A stretch of DNA of 63,910 bases, the filler included, from Collodictyon triciliatum (Eukaryota), in NCBI GenBank assembly GCA_043381765.1. It is 5 parts of 5 records of this genome, joined end to end, with 100 filler letters (N's around TTAATTAATTAA, not from the genome) between each part and the next. Parts side by side here need not be neighbours in the genome. Positions count along the whole stretch, not along the records: positions 1 to 17,315 come from JBHJMP010001465.1; 4 more parts are not named here. One strand, 5' to 3'. The first letter of the stretch is position 1; every line of letters starts with the position of its first letter. The position numbers were made by a program, and so were the translations under genes. Of this stretch, positions 1 to 12,384 are shown in pieces. The notes beneath the pieces are model-generated. The model did no database searches, was not told where the DNA came from, and was given only the letters and a program-made list of their open reading frames with translations.

Positions 1-191
1 TCATTATTATTATCATTATTATTATCATTATTATTATCATTATTATTATCATTATTATTATCATTATTATTATCATTATTATTATCATTATTATTATCAT
101 TATTATTATTATTATTATTATCATTATTATTATCATTATTATTATCATTATTATTATCATTATTATTATCATTATTATTATCATTATTATT
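1..191. repeat. (TCATTATTATTA)n / ATT-type microsatellite
   Basis: 12-bp unit tandemly repeated from the window start. Confidence 0.95.
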
Positions 192-311
192 GCGCATTTT
201 CCCTCACATACCAACCAACAATAAAAAAAAAACACTAAGTTGGGCTCAAGGCTCATCCTTTCAGCTGGCTCACTTTTAAAAAAAAAATTGTTATTTTTTG
301 CTTTTGTACAG

Positions 312-2793
312 TGTGGCTTAGGCGCCTCCTTCGTCCTGACATCTACCTTCATGGACAAGCGCTCTTTTGATTACCTTCCTATTTTCTCCTCAATTTTCGG
401 CTTAGCAGCTAGCTTCAGCCTCATCGCACTTTTACCTTTGGATGTCTACGGTGTCTCTGGCTCATATGAAGCTGGAGAGGGCCTTTATCTGGCGTATTAT
501 CGTATGTCCCTGAGTGGTCATTATCAATCTTTCTAGAACCTCAGTTCGTTTTTTTTATTTTTATTTGTCTCCTTCGTTTCTTTTTTCCTATTTTCGGCAC
601 ACTCACAATACATTTTAAAGCGGCTTTCAGGACCGCCTTTCCACCGAAACTCATATCCTCTTTATTAACCCCACCCGTTTAAAAAAACTAAGACTTTTGA
701 ATAATCATTTTCGAAGGGAAAAAACATTATTTGCTTCGTAGATTATTTTTCAAAATGATAATATATTGAAGTGATCCAGTCTCTTTAAGTTTGTGTCGCA
801 CAGAGGGACGAGAATCACATATCACCCTTCATTTTTTTCAATCTAGTTCTTCTATTTTTGGCTGGATTCTTTGCAGTGGGCTTCATACCATTCTCTTACT
901 TTTATCAAGAAGAAGATGCTGAAGGTGCTACGTGGAAATGCAAGACAAAAACAGCCATAAAGAAATCGGCTATATTTTGGATTATATTTACACTATCATT
1001 CGCCCTTGGAACCCTCATTGAACCGCACACGAAAAAGTATCAGGAAGACCCCGAAATGATTTGGATTGATGAGCTTTTCAGAGACTATAACTGTAATACC
1101 TCAACAATCATTTGAATGACCCTGTTTTAGTGAATCCGTGAACTTTCTATATGTTTTCTATCCTTTCATACACAATTTTTTAAAATAATCGAAATTATGC
1201 AGCCCTCGAGCGATCTTTAACGTTGGCTCTTGGTCTTTTCAGCACTGTTGGATTCATTCCATTGATTGTCTATTTGGTAGGATTTTGAGAAGAAAGTTAT
1301 GATATGTATCTTCTATTATAGCTTTGTATTCAATAAAAGTATATAAAAAATGGATCTAATGAATGTAGGGGTATGGTTTAGTGGCTCTTCCATTAAAATT
1401 TCTCAGAGGAAAACAGAGTCACAAACAAGAGGTTGAGAATGTCAGCATTGAACTAGATGAAATTAGGTCGAGAAAGGAAGAACTGGAAGCTAGATACCCT
1501 TCAGAAAGCAAAATGCCCAGGAAAGAAAGAAGAGAATATGATGATCTGAAATCTCGCGAATCGTGAGTATTCATTCAAGCATATGCTTCTTGCAATAGTA
1601 ATCCTTTGTTTCATCAAGTACACATTTCAAATTATTTTTGTATCATGCATTCTCCAAGACCTTAGAAGCCAGTAACCCTCCTTTTATTTATCTACTTTCT
1701 TTTCGTGTATTTTACGATCTTTTAGTAATTTTCTCTGATTATTGTCTGCCTTTCCTTACTTTAATACAGGGCTTTGACTAATCGGTCAGAAAAGCTCGGA
1801 ACTTTTTCCGTAAGATGCCGGGCTCGTTGCTTTGCTGTCGCATCCCCATTCTTCTTTGCTATTGGACTGTTTTTTGCTGTAGTATCTCTGCTATTTTTTG
1901 TGTCTATTCTCACGACTACATTTGACCGTCTCGCAAACTCCACATGTGGAATCGAGTGTGGATTTTTGGTTGATAAACCTCAATTCAATCCAATTGACCA
2001 GCTTCTGGTATCAACCTCAGAAGCTTTCCCTTCTGACTACACTTTCCTGAGTGGGCTGATTTTGTACCTATTCTCATGCACTGTGTATGGAGTCTTGCAA
2101 ATTGGTCTCCGAAATTATAGATTGAAGGTAAGCATCATATTTCGCTAAGTTATGATACTATTTTTATTATTACTATTATCATTTAACCCCAGCAGACAAT
2201 CATATACCCAAATTTTGATCTTTGCGTTGTGTCAAATGTAACATGAACATTCCTATACATGTAGAAAATCAATATTTTATGGAGAAAGACGCCTGCCACA
2301 TCACTCCTTGCAACAATCATCGTATTGATTTTATCCACTCTCTCCATCTTTATTACTGTCTTCTCTATCGCGCCCCAGTACAGCACATTCGGCTCTGGGC
2401 AATACTTTTCTGAAGAAGTTTGTTTTATTTGCAATTTTCTATGTATCTTTTTCCTTAAGTTTCATATGACACATGCATCACGAGAATTTTTGCTTTTTCC
2501 TAACTTTTTCTTTTCTTTGTTTTTTTTTTTCCATTTTTCCATTTTTCCATTTTTCCCAGGATGAGACGAAACAAGATGCTTGCCATCTCACTGCTTTGTC
2601 ATCGTGCGAAATTACTCAATACGCAACTATTCACCACCGAGTTATTATCGATATTTCTTTGTTCTGCATGCTCTACCTAATCTTTAATGTCTTCCTCTCC
2701 ATTTCCTTTTTCGTAAGTGGGGTATCTATCATGCGAGCAAAACCTCAATCAAATATCCCAGAGCCCGACGAAGCCGAGGAGCGTCTTGTTTAG
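312..2793 (+). CDS. LMBR1-family membrane protein (LMBRD1-like lysosomal cobalamin exporter partner); spliced, 5' end probably upstream of window
   Basis: GT-AG exons ~312-501, 848-1092, 1203-1276, 1369-1562, 1770-2127, 2264-2418, 2560-2793. Motifs LIALLPLDVY, FIPFSYFYQEE, GYGLVALPLKFLRG plus coiled coil, CGIECGF, NPIDQLL, FPSDY, APQYSTFGS. Confidence 0.85.
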
Positions 2794-3313
2794 CACGAAT
2801 TTTTTTTTTAAAAAAAAAAAAAAAACAGAAAACTGGTTCACAGCCAACAAATAAACTCATATCAACTGCCTACAACGAATGTCGTACCCAACACAACCCC
2901 ATCACCACCCCCCGTTTCGTTATGCGACTAAAGTAATGACCAATCAGTTTGCTTTTCTTCGGCACACACCCTAATCCAATTGTGTTGCAAAACAAGAACA
3001 CAGAGAGGTAGGATAGCACCGATAATACTTTTTTCTATATCTGAATATGTGTTTGTTGTGAACGGAATGCCACCACCGCAACATCGCCGGTAATGCGGGC
3101 ATATGCCGAACGACAACCGGCGCTATCTATCCCGCACTAATTCAAAGCCGCAGAATGTATATGCGCTACGAGGTCGTAAAAAATAGTACAGCGAGTTCCT
3201 GCCCGACTTAATGGTCATCCTCGCACTCGAAAAGCACGATGTAAAGCACAGAGGCCACCAAGGCGGAGACACACCAGTTACTAAAAAGTGAGCACCCTGC
3301 CCTTCCACTGGGC

Positions 3314-3431
3314 AAAAAGGGGTGGAGATCGCCAGGAGCTATGTCTTCGGTTGGGATCGAACCAACGAGAATTTATTCAAGAAATTTTGTGAACCAATCA
3401 CGCGAAGTAACTCCACGGCTGTGGCCGCCCC
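3314..3431 (-). ncRNA. Vault-RNA-like Pol III small RNA with internal tRNA-like module
   Basis: TATAAATA 30 nt upstream; 5' GGGGCGG pairs with 3' CCACCCC followed by TTTTT; inner stems GCC/GGC, GGAGUUA/UAGCUCC, CUUCG/CGAAG; B-box GGTTCGATCC; GTTACTTCG motif as in animal vault RNAs. Confidence 0.7.
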
Positions 3432-3453
3432 GCGATGATCGCTGAAACAAGCC

Positions 3454-3461
3454 TATTTATA
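3454..3461 (-). promoter_or_regulatory. TATA box (TATAAATA) at -30 of the putative Pol III RNA
   Basis: Forward tatttata at 3454-3461; its first T on the minus strand is 30 nt upstream of the predicted 5' G at 3431. Confidence 0.6.
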
Positions 3462-4134
3462 CTACATTTCCGCTATTTTCGTTCTATTTTCGTTCTCTTT
3501 CGTTCTCTTTCGTTCTTTTTCGTCATTTCCCTTGTGGTATTCCGACTGCAAGAGCTTAGATACAATATGGGGCTAGACGTGTGGTGAGGAACGCACTAGT
3601 ACGATAGGGTTTTCATTATAATTCGTATACGCGTAAGGTTAAGTTATGGTAAACGGACGCAAACATAGTAGTATATTCCTGGAAAAAGATATGGCCATTC
3701 ATCTGCTCCTGACGGACCAAAGCGCCCCTTTGTATAACATTTAAAAAAAAAATCACCTTTCTTTTTTCATTCCCGTCCCAAGTGTTTATGTCTGTGGTTC
3801 TCATAGTCTTTTTTTTTTTGTGGCAAAGTTTCCCTTTCATTATATTATAGCATGACCTTGAACTCATGTAACAAGAATCTATGACCGAGGTTGTCTTTTG
3901 ATTCCACTGTATTTATTCAGTTGGGTTCATTGCCATGAGAATCGAAAGCTTGCTGTTTGTACTGAGTGCATAATAAAATGAAGCAGCGAGCATAATTGCC
4001 ATTATCATTTACCACCCAATTATAACATTCGTTGTTGTTGTTTTTACTCGGATTTTCTTGTGGACAAAACATATCACTGCCACTTTGCCGAGGCAAGGCC
4101 TGACGCTCCAAAGCAGTTTTGAAGTAAAGGCTCA

Positions 4135-6431
4135 CGCAAAACACACTTTTCGTACTCATCATAATCTATTCGCCCATTCCGGTCAAAGTCCATTTTTCCT
4201 GAGATGTAGTCTAGCGTCATTTTCACATCATCACCTTTGAACTATGGTGGTAGGAATAAATAAAAATGGTTTAGTGGTGAGTATAAAAGTAGTGGAAAGC
4301 GATAATCTTTGAATGGAGATAAAAGCCTTACACTCTCAAGGACGTTTCTTTCGAGGAGAACCAAGGCTTCTTTACGAGAGATATATCCATCACCGTTGGC
4401 ATCATACTTTTTGAATTGATCTAAAAAAAGAAAAGAAATCCAATCACATATTACTTTTAGGGTGAGAAAAATGCTTTTGGATTTCTGGTGCTCTTTACCC
4501 TTGAATATGCAACATTAATATTGTGCTTGAGACCTAGAACCATATTCTGATTTCTATAAATACCTCGAATAACTTTTTTCAGCTCATCAACATCTTTGAT
4601 CTCTCTTCTGCTGACATCGGCTTTTGGAGGTGGTGATTGGGCTCTTTCTTTTATTTGCTCTTTTGCTAAAATTTTGGTTAGGGTTGATTCGGATGTAAAG
4701 GCATATCAAGGACAAAAGCATAGGGAAGTTGAAATGATATCATCAAATTTTTGAATACCATCTCCTGAGCGCATTCCATGGTAATCAAACTTGGCATAGT
4801 ATTTTGTCTTGGCTAATCAATAGAGCTTTGATCAGAAAATACTCATCAATTAAGACTGAAAGAGGCGCATACAAAATCCCTGTGGATGATTCTAATTCCA
4901 ACAACCCACATTTATATTTCTGAATGCTCTGTGGTCTGGGGACACTATCGTTATCTTCCAGCCCGTCTTCATTTGAGCCATCGGTATCTGCAATCTTGGA
5001 CATATCTGAACAGGCTGAATAGGTCAAGTATTTATTTTACTTAAACTTGGTCAGGGTAAATGTTAGAGGAGTCGCGATTAAATTTAGATATTCCCTTGTT
5101 TATCATTTAGCTTAAAAAAAAGTAACATTACCAGCTTGATATTCAGCATTCGTGCTGAGGTGTCGTAGTAACTACAAGACATTGATAACAATTAAACATG
5201 GAATTATGTAGTGGTATATTCTCTAAGTGAAATAGCATCATGTGTACACAGTTTTACATGAGCAAGACCTGAGTGACTGGCTTCATATATGACTTTATAG
5301 TCGGTGGCTCGGGCGGTGGTGGCTGTCGATCCAACCTCGTTGGTGAAAGAAATTCAAATAATTTGGTTCCCTGATCGATCTAAATCAAAAGTATTATTTA
5401 AATAAATAAACATCAACTAGAATCGGTTGCAATATCAAAACCTCATACTGTAATCATTTTACAAATACTGTTCAGTATGCATATGCGAATCTATTCTTTG
5501 CACTATATAATAAATATCAGAATATTACCGAAGGCCACTTCATGACTTCCTTCGAATATGGCTTTTCTGCAAGTGGAAAGTTTCGTCTTATTGCACTAGG
5601 CTCTTTGGCAATTGCAGTATTTTGTGATGCGTTGTGATGTGCTTTTAAAGGAGGGGATGTGGCGCGCTGTTGTAGACCAAGCGTTGGAGCTGATTTTGAG
5701 TTAGGGTGGATTGTTATCCGCTGCATATTTTCAGTAGATATGTTGATATTCGATTCCTGCCTTCGGGTTGCCTTTGGTAAAGATGGAAGAGGAGCCAGAC
5801 GAGTGCTATGTATTCTTTCCTTATGAATTTCTCCAGTTTTAGGCTTCAAAGGTGCCAACTCTTTGCCTGGAACTGTCGAAGGCACTGTCGCTTGCAATTC
5901 TTTCGACTTTGATGCCGAACTGGTAGGATTTGGAAATAGTTCGGCTGGACTTGCCTGAGGTAGTGTAAGTGTATGGCTTAACGTGAATAAAAACGTGAAG
6001 TGGTGTTCATGAAAATTCCATTTATTATGTCACAACAATCGTACAATTCATATGTATGATTTCTTTTGGCTATTCACATGATGGTTTAGATGTATCGTAA
6101 TAAATATTATTTCTTTTTCCTGTTTTTTCTTTTTTTTTCTTTTTTTCTTCTTCATCACTATCCCCTTCACTATTACAATCTTGAAACCCTCGGCATGGAA
6201 GCTCACCCCTTGTGGGAGAGACGACCGGATGGAGACCTCGTTCCCAGGAAGCGGTGTTATGATGTAGAAGGACATTTCCCAGTCGGGTTCAAGTACAGCA
6301 GACTTCTTCTCTGGTGCATTAGGGGCTATCGGGAGTGCTGGTATCTGCGGCTGCATCTGTGCTCCTCTTGCCAACTCTCTATGGCTCCCTGCTGTTTGCG
6401 GACTTTGCTTGAAGGAGCTAAACTTGAGCAT
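4135..6431 (-). CDS. Protein with C-terminal EF-hand pair and long low-complexity Pro/Ser-rich N-terminus; spliced, termini uncertain
   Basis: Exons ~4332-4420 (DQFKKYDANGDGYISRKEAL) and ~4135-4241 (MDFDRNGRIDYDEYEKCV) are canonical EF loops; upstream ORFs 4785-5027, 5517-5897, 6048-6431 on the same strand. Confidence 0.65.
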
Positions 6432-6752
6432 CGCGAGCGCTTTGCAAAGGCCTCTACCCGATATAAATCATTTCAGTGGACACAGGCAACTCCGAGGGTT
6501 ACTCTTGACCTTTTGGGTGCTGTCATGTAAAAGTATGTCGAGCTTGTAATGCTGCCTTTCATGTCTTCACCTCAACCCGATCGCCTTTTGTTTCGTTGAT
6601 CAGCAGAGTTTGGTGGGGGATGCTCAGAAGAGGCAAGTCAAGAGATAGCTCGCCATAGAAGTTATATTTTCCACAAATAGGTTTCACGTTGCGGGTTTCC
6701 TTTCCCGGTCCGCTATTATCTGCTACTTTGAAACTATGATTAGCGGGTGGCT

Positions 6753-8637
6753 TTATTTTTGCGGTTTTACGGCAACTTTTTTCCCTTCCTGGACGACAAA
6801 GACGGACTCTGCAGGAATCTGTTATCGGAGGGCGTTTAGTGGGTGACTATGTCTTTTCCGCCACAGCAAAGCGACAAGAGCCGCTGCGGTCGGGTCGGAT
6901 GGCAGAGGAGTGCATCGAAGGGAGTGAAAGCATGACTGCGAGGAAATCTGACGAAAGATGATTGGCTTCTATTGCTGTTTGACAGTTCCTTCAGCTGGAC
7001 CATTCTTTATCGATTTCAATTGTAGATTTTTGAGAAGAAAAGCTCGGAAAAGAAAAAGAGAAAGAATCCCAGGTTTAGTGGAGGTGAGTTTGTCTTACAA
7101 ACCTTCAAGACATCTAGAACCATGCTGACAACCTGATCAATATTGTCTCCTTGTATGTCTATCTCTTCGTGTCCTGCAGGTGCCTAGAAACGTGTTGTGT
7201 CAAAATCACTTTACCATATGTAGATATGACTTGGTAAAGGAGGCAGATCAGTAAATCATATTGAACAATTGATAATCATATGTTGGCGCAAACCTTTACT
7301 ACAGAGGCTCCACACGAGAGTTTCTTTGCAAACTGTTTAGATGCGTCAGGTAATTTCACTCCTGTTAAGATTAGAAGGAATATGACTTTGACATTTTTAC
7401 TGCCGCATTATTTTAATAGATTTTTCTAGTCATCTAGTATGGAATACTCTTTCGTGATAAGCTATAATGCCACTGATTTGTCTTGATTCGATTTCGACAT
7501 ATTTGGAGAGTTTCAAAAAGGACACGTATCAAATATGAATTTTGGCATCAATGGTGCGCACTGAGATGAGATTTTGTGAGAAGAATCAAACCGAAGTGCT
7601 CCAGCCCGTTCACTACAGTGACAAACTTTCTTTTGCTTCGTTGTGTTAAAGAAATTACCACTGTTGGGGCATCTTTCTTTTTGCCCTTTCCCCCACCAGA
7701 AGGCTTAGGTTCTGGAGCTTTTTGTTCTAGATTAATCCGAATAGAAAAAAAGCATTTGCATGTTTGAAAATTGCATCTCTGCTACACGGCTGAGGCGACT
7801 TGAAGACACCATAAATTGATATGACTCGATACCTTTAGCTTCAGATGATTCTGGCTTTGCGGGATCGCTACTGGGTTGTTCCGAGACTGTAAGTCCCTCC
7901 ACCTTCTGCCCGAGCTCGTCTGCAGTTAACAAATTATTAATGCAAAAAAACTATGATTAGACATATAAACTGGCTGAAGTCGCCTTTGGGTACTCTGAGT
8001 AAGATATGTAAACAAACCAAGCATTCATATAGTTATATGCGTATAAAAGCACGAAATATCCAGAGGTAGCCTAATAACCTGCTATCAGTTGTGACGAGGA
8101 TGCTCCTTCTGCTGAAGAAGCAGGAGGTGATTGTGGGGCAAGTTGCGGGTAAAGTTCAGGGCAGTTCTGCACTAACCAAGGTTTGCATGCTTCAAAATTC
8201 GGTCCGTACTCACAGAACTCAGCTGGTAGTCCGCAAACTAATGGGACGAGCATGTCAGAAAATGTGGTTCATATCAGTAAAAGAAAAAAAGGAAGGATGT
8301 TGTAGGTGTGCTCTTCACACATTTGGTCATTTAGATGAGGCGAAGAGATAAATCTTTGGATCGTATATGAGATATACATATAATTTAAAAAAAGAACCCA
8401 ATAAGTAAGGAATAACAGCTATATGAGAGAAAGGTGCAGTATTTAAGATTTGTCAGGGTCATTTTTTGGCTGTTTACTTCAGACTTTTTTTCTTTTCAGG
8501 CTTGATTTCTCGAATGAGAGAGCTAGTTGTAGTGCTGTATAAAGGGTGTAAGAAGCAGTGGGTAAAGTTTGCTAAAGGACGGAAGGGAATGTGTTTCCCG
8601 TAAAATTACCTCCACAGTAGAGCGGCTGAACAGGCAT
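6753..8637 (-). CDS. DENR: Density-regulated protein / Tma22 (SUI1-domain translation reinitiation factor); spliced
   Basis: MPVQPLYCG|VCGLPAEFCEYGP...CKPWLVQNCPELYP zinc site; TQRSKRKFVTVVNGLEHF; LAKKLSCGASV; EEIDIQGD; inferred last exon IPAESVFVV...KPQK*. Confidence 0.92.
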
Positions 8638-8669
8638 CGTTGTGATCTGCTGCTACAATGTTGCTGTAT

Positions 8670-8851
8670 TTTGGGTGGGTTTTTAGGGTTTTTGGGTTTT
8701 TTGGGGGTTTTTTTGGGTTTTTTTTGGGGTTTTTTTGGGGTTTTTTTTGGGTTTTTTTTGGGTTTTTTTTTGGGTTTTTTTTTGGGTTTTTTTTTGGGTT
8801 TTTTTGGGTTTTTTTGGGTTTTTTTGGGTTTTTTTGGGTTTTTTTGGGGTT
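8670..8851. repeat. Degenerate (T5-10 G3-5)n repeat upstream of the DENR start exon
   Basis: Many GGG runs separated by T tracts. Confidence 0.9.
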
Positions 8852-9207
8852 TCTGCAGGTTTGTGATTGTGATTGTGGCTGGTTACCCGAGGGGGTTGGC
8901 TCAAACAATATGGCAATAGTGATTGGATAGGCTCCACCTCGTTAGGTGTTTACTTTGCAGCACAGTATAGTTTAAAAGGGGGTGGCGTAGAAACCTCGTG
9001 ACTTGGATCGGGCAGTGTGGTTACTCCTTTGATTCGGCTTCGCGAGGCCACACCGCTCACTTCGTTTATGCAAGAGTTGGTTTGGCGCGGTGCGTTGAAT
9101 TTTGTTCTTGGGAAAATACAGCACTTGACCCGTGTTCAAACCCACACACATCCATGTGTATACGTATGTTGCAAACCTCCCTCCTTGAATCGAATATAGG
9201 GGAAAAC

Positions 9208-9258
9208 ATCTATATCTGTATCTGTATCTGTATCTGTATCTGTATCTGTATCTGTATA
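9208..9258. repeat. (ATCTGT)n microsatellite
   Basis: Tandem hexamer. Confidence 0.9.
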
Positions 9259-9561
9259 TATCCCTACTAAAATATACAGAATGCTATAACCCTCACAGTG
9301 GAACCTCAAGCAAGGCGATTATTAGAAAGAAGAAAAAAAGGGAAACTTCATGGCTGCGTATCACAGACTCTCAATAGTGATTGTGTATATAAAGCATACA
9401 GCCACATACTATTCATGTATGATGTGCGGGTGTTTCAACTCCTCATTGAATAAAAAGTAGAATAGGAATGGCATATCAGCATAGAGTCAAGATATTTATA
9501 CTCATGTTCATTAGCGAAGAATTTGTTCGAGATGCGGCATATTTTCCAAACTCACACACTT

Positions 9562-10763
9562 TCAAAAAATATCATCCCCTCCAAAATCTGTCGAGATTCC
9601 TCTCGCAGCCAAAGATTGTCGAACTCTTTCGGCCTGCTCTTCCTGCTGCGCAACTTTTTCTGCCTCGATTCTTATAAACTCTTCTGGGGTGACGCGTCTT
9701 AAGGTGGACAGGTGCTCTTCTTTGATAGGGTCCTGTTTTTCAGTCCCCATAGTGTTTAGAAATGGCAATGGTTGATCGATTGCGTAACAGAAACTTTTCT
9801 GAGATACTATAGGTATTGGTACATTATAATCTCGTCTGAAAGTTCCCAAATTCGTGTATTCCTTTTACATTAACGTGAAAATACTAATATACATACTATC
9901 TCTCCGATTAAAGCTACGTTTTCGCCTCGGATAATAAATGTCCCAATCAAAACTTCACAGTAGCAGTCTCCATAGAACATTCGCTCTACCACATCTTCTA
10001 GCACGATATTGGCTACAGGATATCAGATTTGTAAAAGAAAAATTAAAACGGAGACGTTTGTGGTGTGTTAAAATATTGATTAAATAAATCCGTTATTAGA
10101 GCATAGGCGGTAGTGATATCAACTAGTAAGTGCAGCTTTAGCGAGCAGTATATTCATTCAAAGCACCATATTGGTCAAATGAACGGAAAAATCCATAAAA
10201 CTTGCGACCGTCTCGGAGCAATACAAGAACCTTTTCTATCAAAAAAAGAAAACATCATTTGAGTTATTATGCATGCTCCTCCAGTAATTTGTTATTCAGT
10301 AATAATATAAGAAAATAAAGGTAATTATGAGGTCATATTCATTGCAATTTTTAAGTCTTTCGTTCCAATCACATTTGTTTCGGAGGTGATAAAATATATG
10401 AATTTTCATATCGCTAAAGCGGCAAGGATATTGTTTTCTTAATCAAATAGAGGGGCAAGCGCGTCTACTAGCGTGTGGGGAGTTTGGTTGGGTTGGGTTA
10501 GGTTTGGTGTATTGGTTCGAGGTGCACAGAAAAGGTGGCACAGAAATCAGCATAATGCAGGAGCCATCCTTCCTCCAGAAAACATTCGGAAGCATTAGAT
10601 AATAAAAAGGTATACTGCGCAACCAAATACAACATTTGCATCGTTTGCCTCACACAAAACATGGAAACTAAATATTAGTAAACAAACTGTCTAAGTCCTC
10701 TATTAGACTCGTCGTTCCGTAGAGCTTTGAAGGAAGAGGAGCCCCAAACTGCGCAGGGTTCAT
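9562..10763 (-). CDS. LSM1: Sm-like protein LSm1; spliced
   Basis: GTTSLIEDLD|KKVLVLLRDGRKFYGFFRSFDQY|ANIVLEDVVERMF...GTFIIRGENVALIGEI|D plus the LSm1-type C-terminal helix; 4 exons. Confidence 0.92.
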
Positions 10764-11626
10764 GATCCTGTCCTTGTTTCTGGTTGATATTTGAGAGAGA
10801 GAAAAAAAAGCAAACACCGTAAGGACCTTGTAGTCTTCCTAGAAAGCGAAGCCGAGCAGAGCGTTAGAACCCGATCAACCCGTCTCAGAAACCTGGCGGC
10901 GCGCTGCTTTTGCTCCGGTTTGTTGGAAATGCTCTCCTGATCCAAAGTATTTCAACCGTGGCAGCGATTAGAATCTTGATGCACCCTGTGCCCTTCTATA
11001 ACGGATATATAGTATTTTGGAATTTATGTTTATATCACTAATTTTAGTGTATTATACAATTATATAGTAAATTACATATAAAAATATTAGGAATATGTAT
11101 AATTATACTCATTATACATGTCCATATGACGCTAGTATTAGCGACAGTAACTCATCGCCCGGCTTACCCATATACGAATATTTTCCGTTACACGGTTACA
11201 AAACACATCGAATCAAATCAAGCCCCAATCAGATTGAAAAAATAGGGGCGAAAAAAGAAAAAGAAAAGGGTATCCGGCCGCCCCCAAAGCCAGGCAGATT
11301 CCAGACGTGGCGACCCGCTTTGAATCGCTGTCGCAAACACGCACAAGACGGAAAACAACTCGATCATCCGTACCTAAGGTCAAAGACCGCCGACCGCAAG
11401 ATGCTCGCCTTAAATGCTCTGAGTCTATCTTTTCTGTGCCCGCAACTTTTTTTTTTTTTCACGATGCAAATAAGTGAGCAAGCATCGCGATTGTGATATT
11501 GGGCTATGAACACCTGGAGGGGTTCGTTCTCCCGTTTTCTGTTCCGCCTCTTCTGCCCAGGGATGTTCAGAAGAAATAAGAGCGCCCTTTTGCAAAAATG
11601 CAGTTAATATCACCAGAATTGATGCC

Positions 11627-11627
<1 letters not shown>

Positions 11628-11722
<95 letters not shown>
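11628..11722. repeat. (TTA)n microsatellite
   Basis: Perfect trinucleotide run. Confidence 0.95.
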
Positions 11723-11723
<1 letters not shown>

Positions 11724-12384
11724 TTCCCACAAAATGAGCCTGAACTCTCTTCCCCGAGGCCGCCCAATCCCTTCCTGTTTTTTTCTCTTTTCTCCAAGGT
11801 TCTGGGATGGTTGTTTTATATGCAGAAATAACTAATAGAAATGCAAAGGAATCTGAAAATGAATGAAAGGCAGCAGAAAAAAAAAGCCACGAACTGAGAA
11901 CAGTTGCCTTTTGACGATTTTATTGAATTGAAAAATGAAAGAAAACGACTTGGCCCAAACTGATACAGTTTGATAATCTTCGATAATGCACTAACAGGAA
12001 ACATAAATTAGGTTCACAAAGAGGCAATCAACACATCTGCCCTCCGATCAAACAGATAAAAAGCATCAGACTCACAACCAACACAAAAGTCTGCCACACA
12101 TCATCGTAAGACTACAAATGCACTTCCAACCTTTGCTTTTCTTAGTTAGAATACCCCAACACTTTCAAGAAGCTGGCCTTGAGAGCAAATGACTTCCTAT
12201 TTCCCTCACAAGGCTGCTCACTTCCATAGTCTGTATCCTTTCAGAAGAGGAGGAGTGTCTCTATGTTCTGTCTTTCCATATCGTGCTGAAGAGTTTCTCT
12301 AAACTCTATCTTATTTTCTTTCCTTCTTCACTTTCCTCATTTCTCTACAAAAAAAAAAAAAAAAAAAAAAAGCAAGTCGTCAGC

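Noticed and set aside
3342-3411. Functional tRNA-Ser(UGA) or tRNA-Sec
   Set aside because: Acceptor stem has only 5 bp, the D loop is too short and there is no long variable arm; better explained as part of a larger panhandle RNA.
8569-8937. GFF- and KKNP-repeat ORFs; likewise ORFs at 11425-11831, 15691-16133, 17364-17673, 57888-58337 and those spanning N runs
   Set aside because: Translations of simple repeats or gaps.
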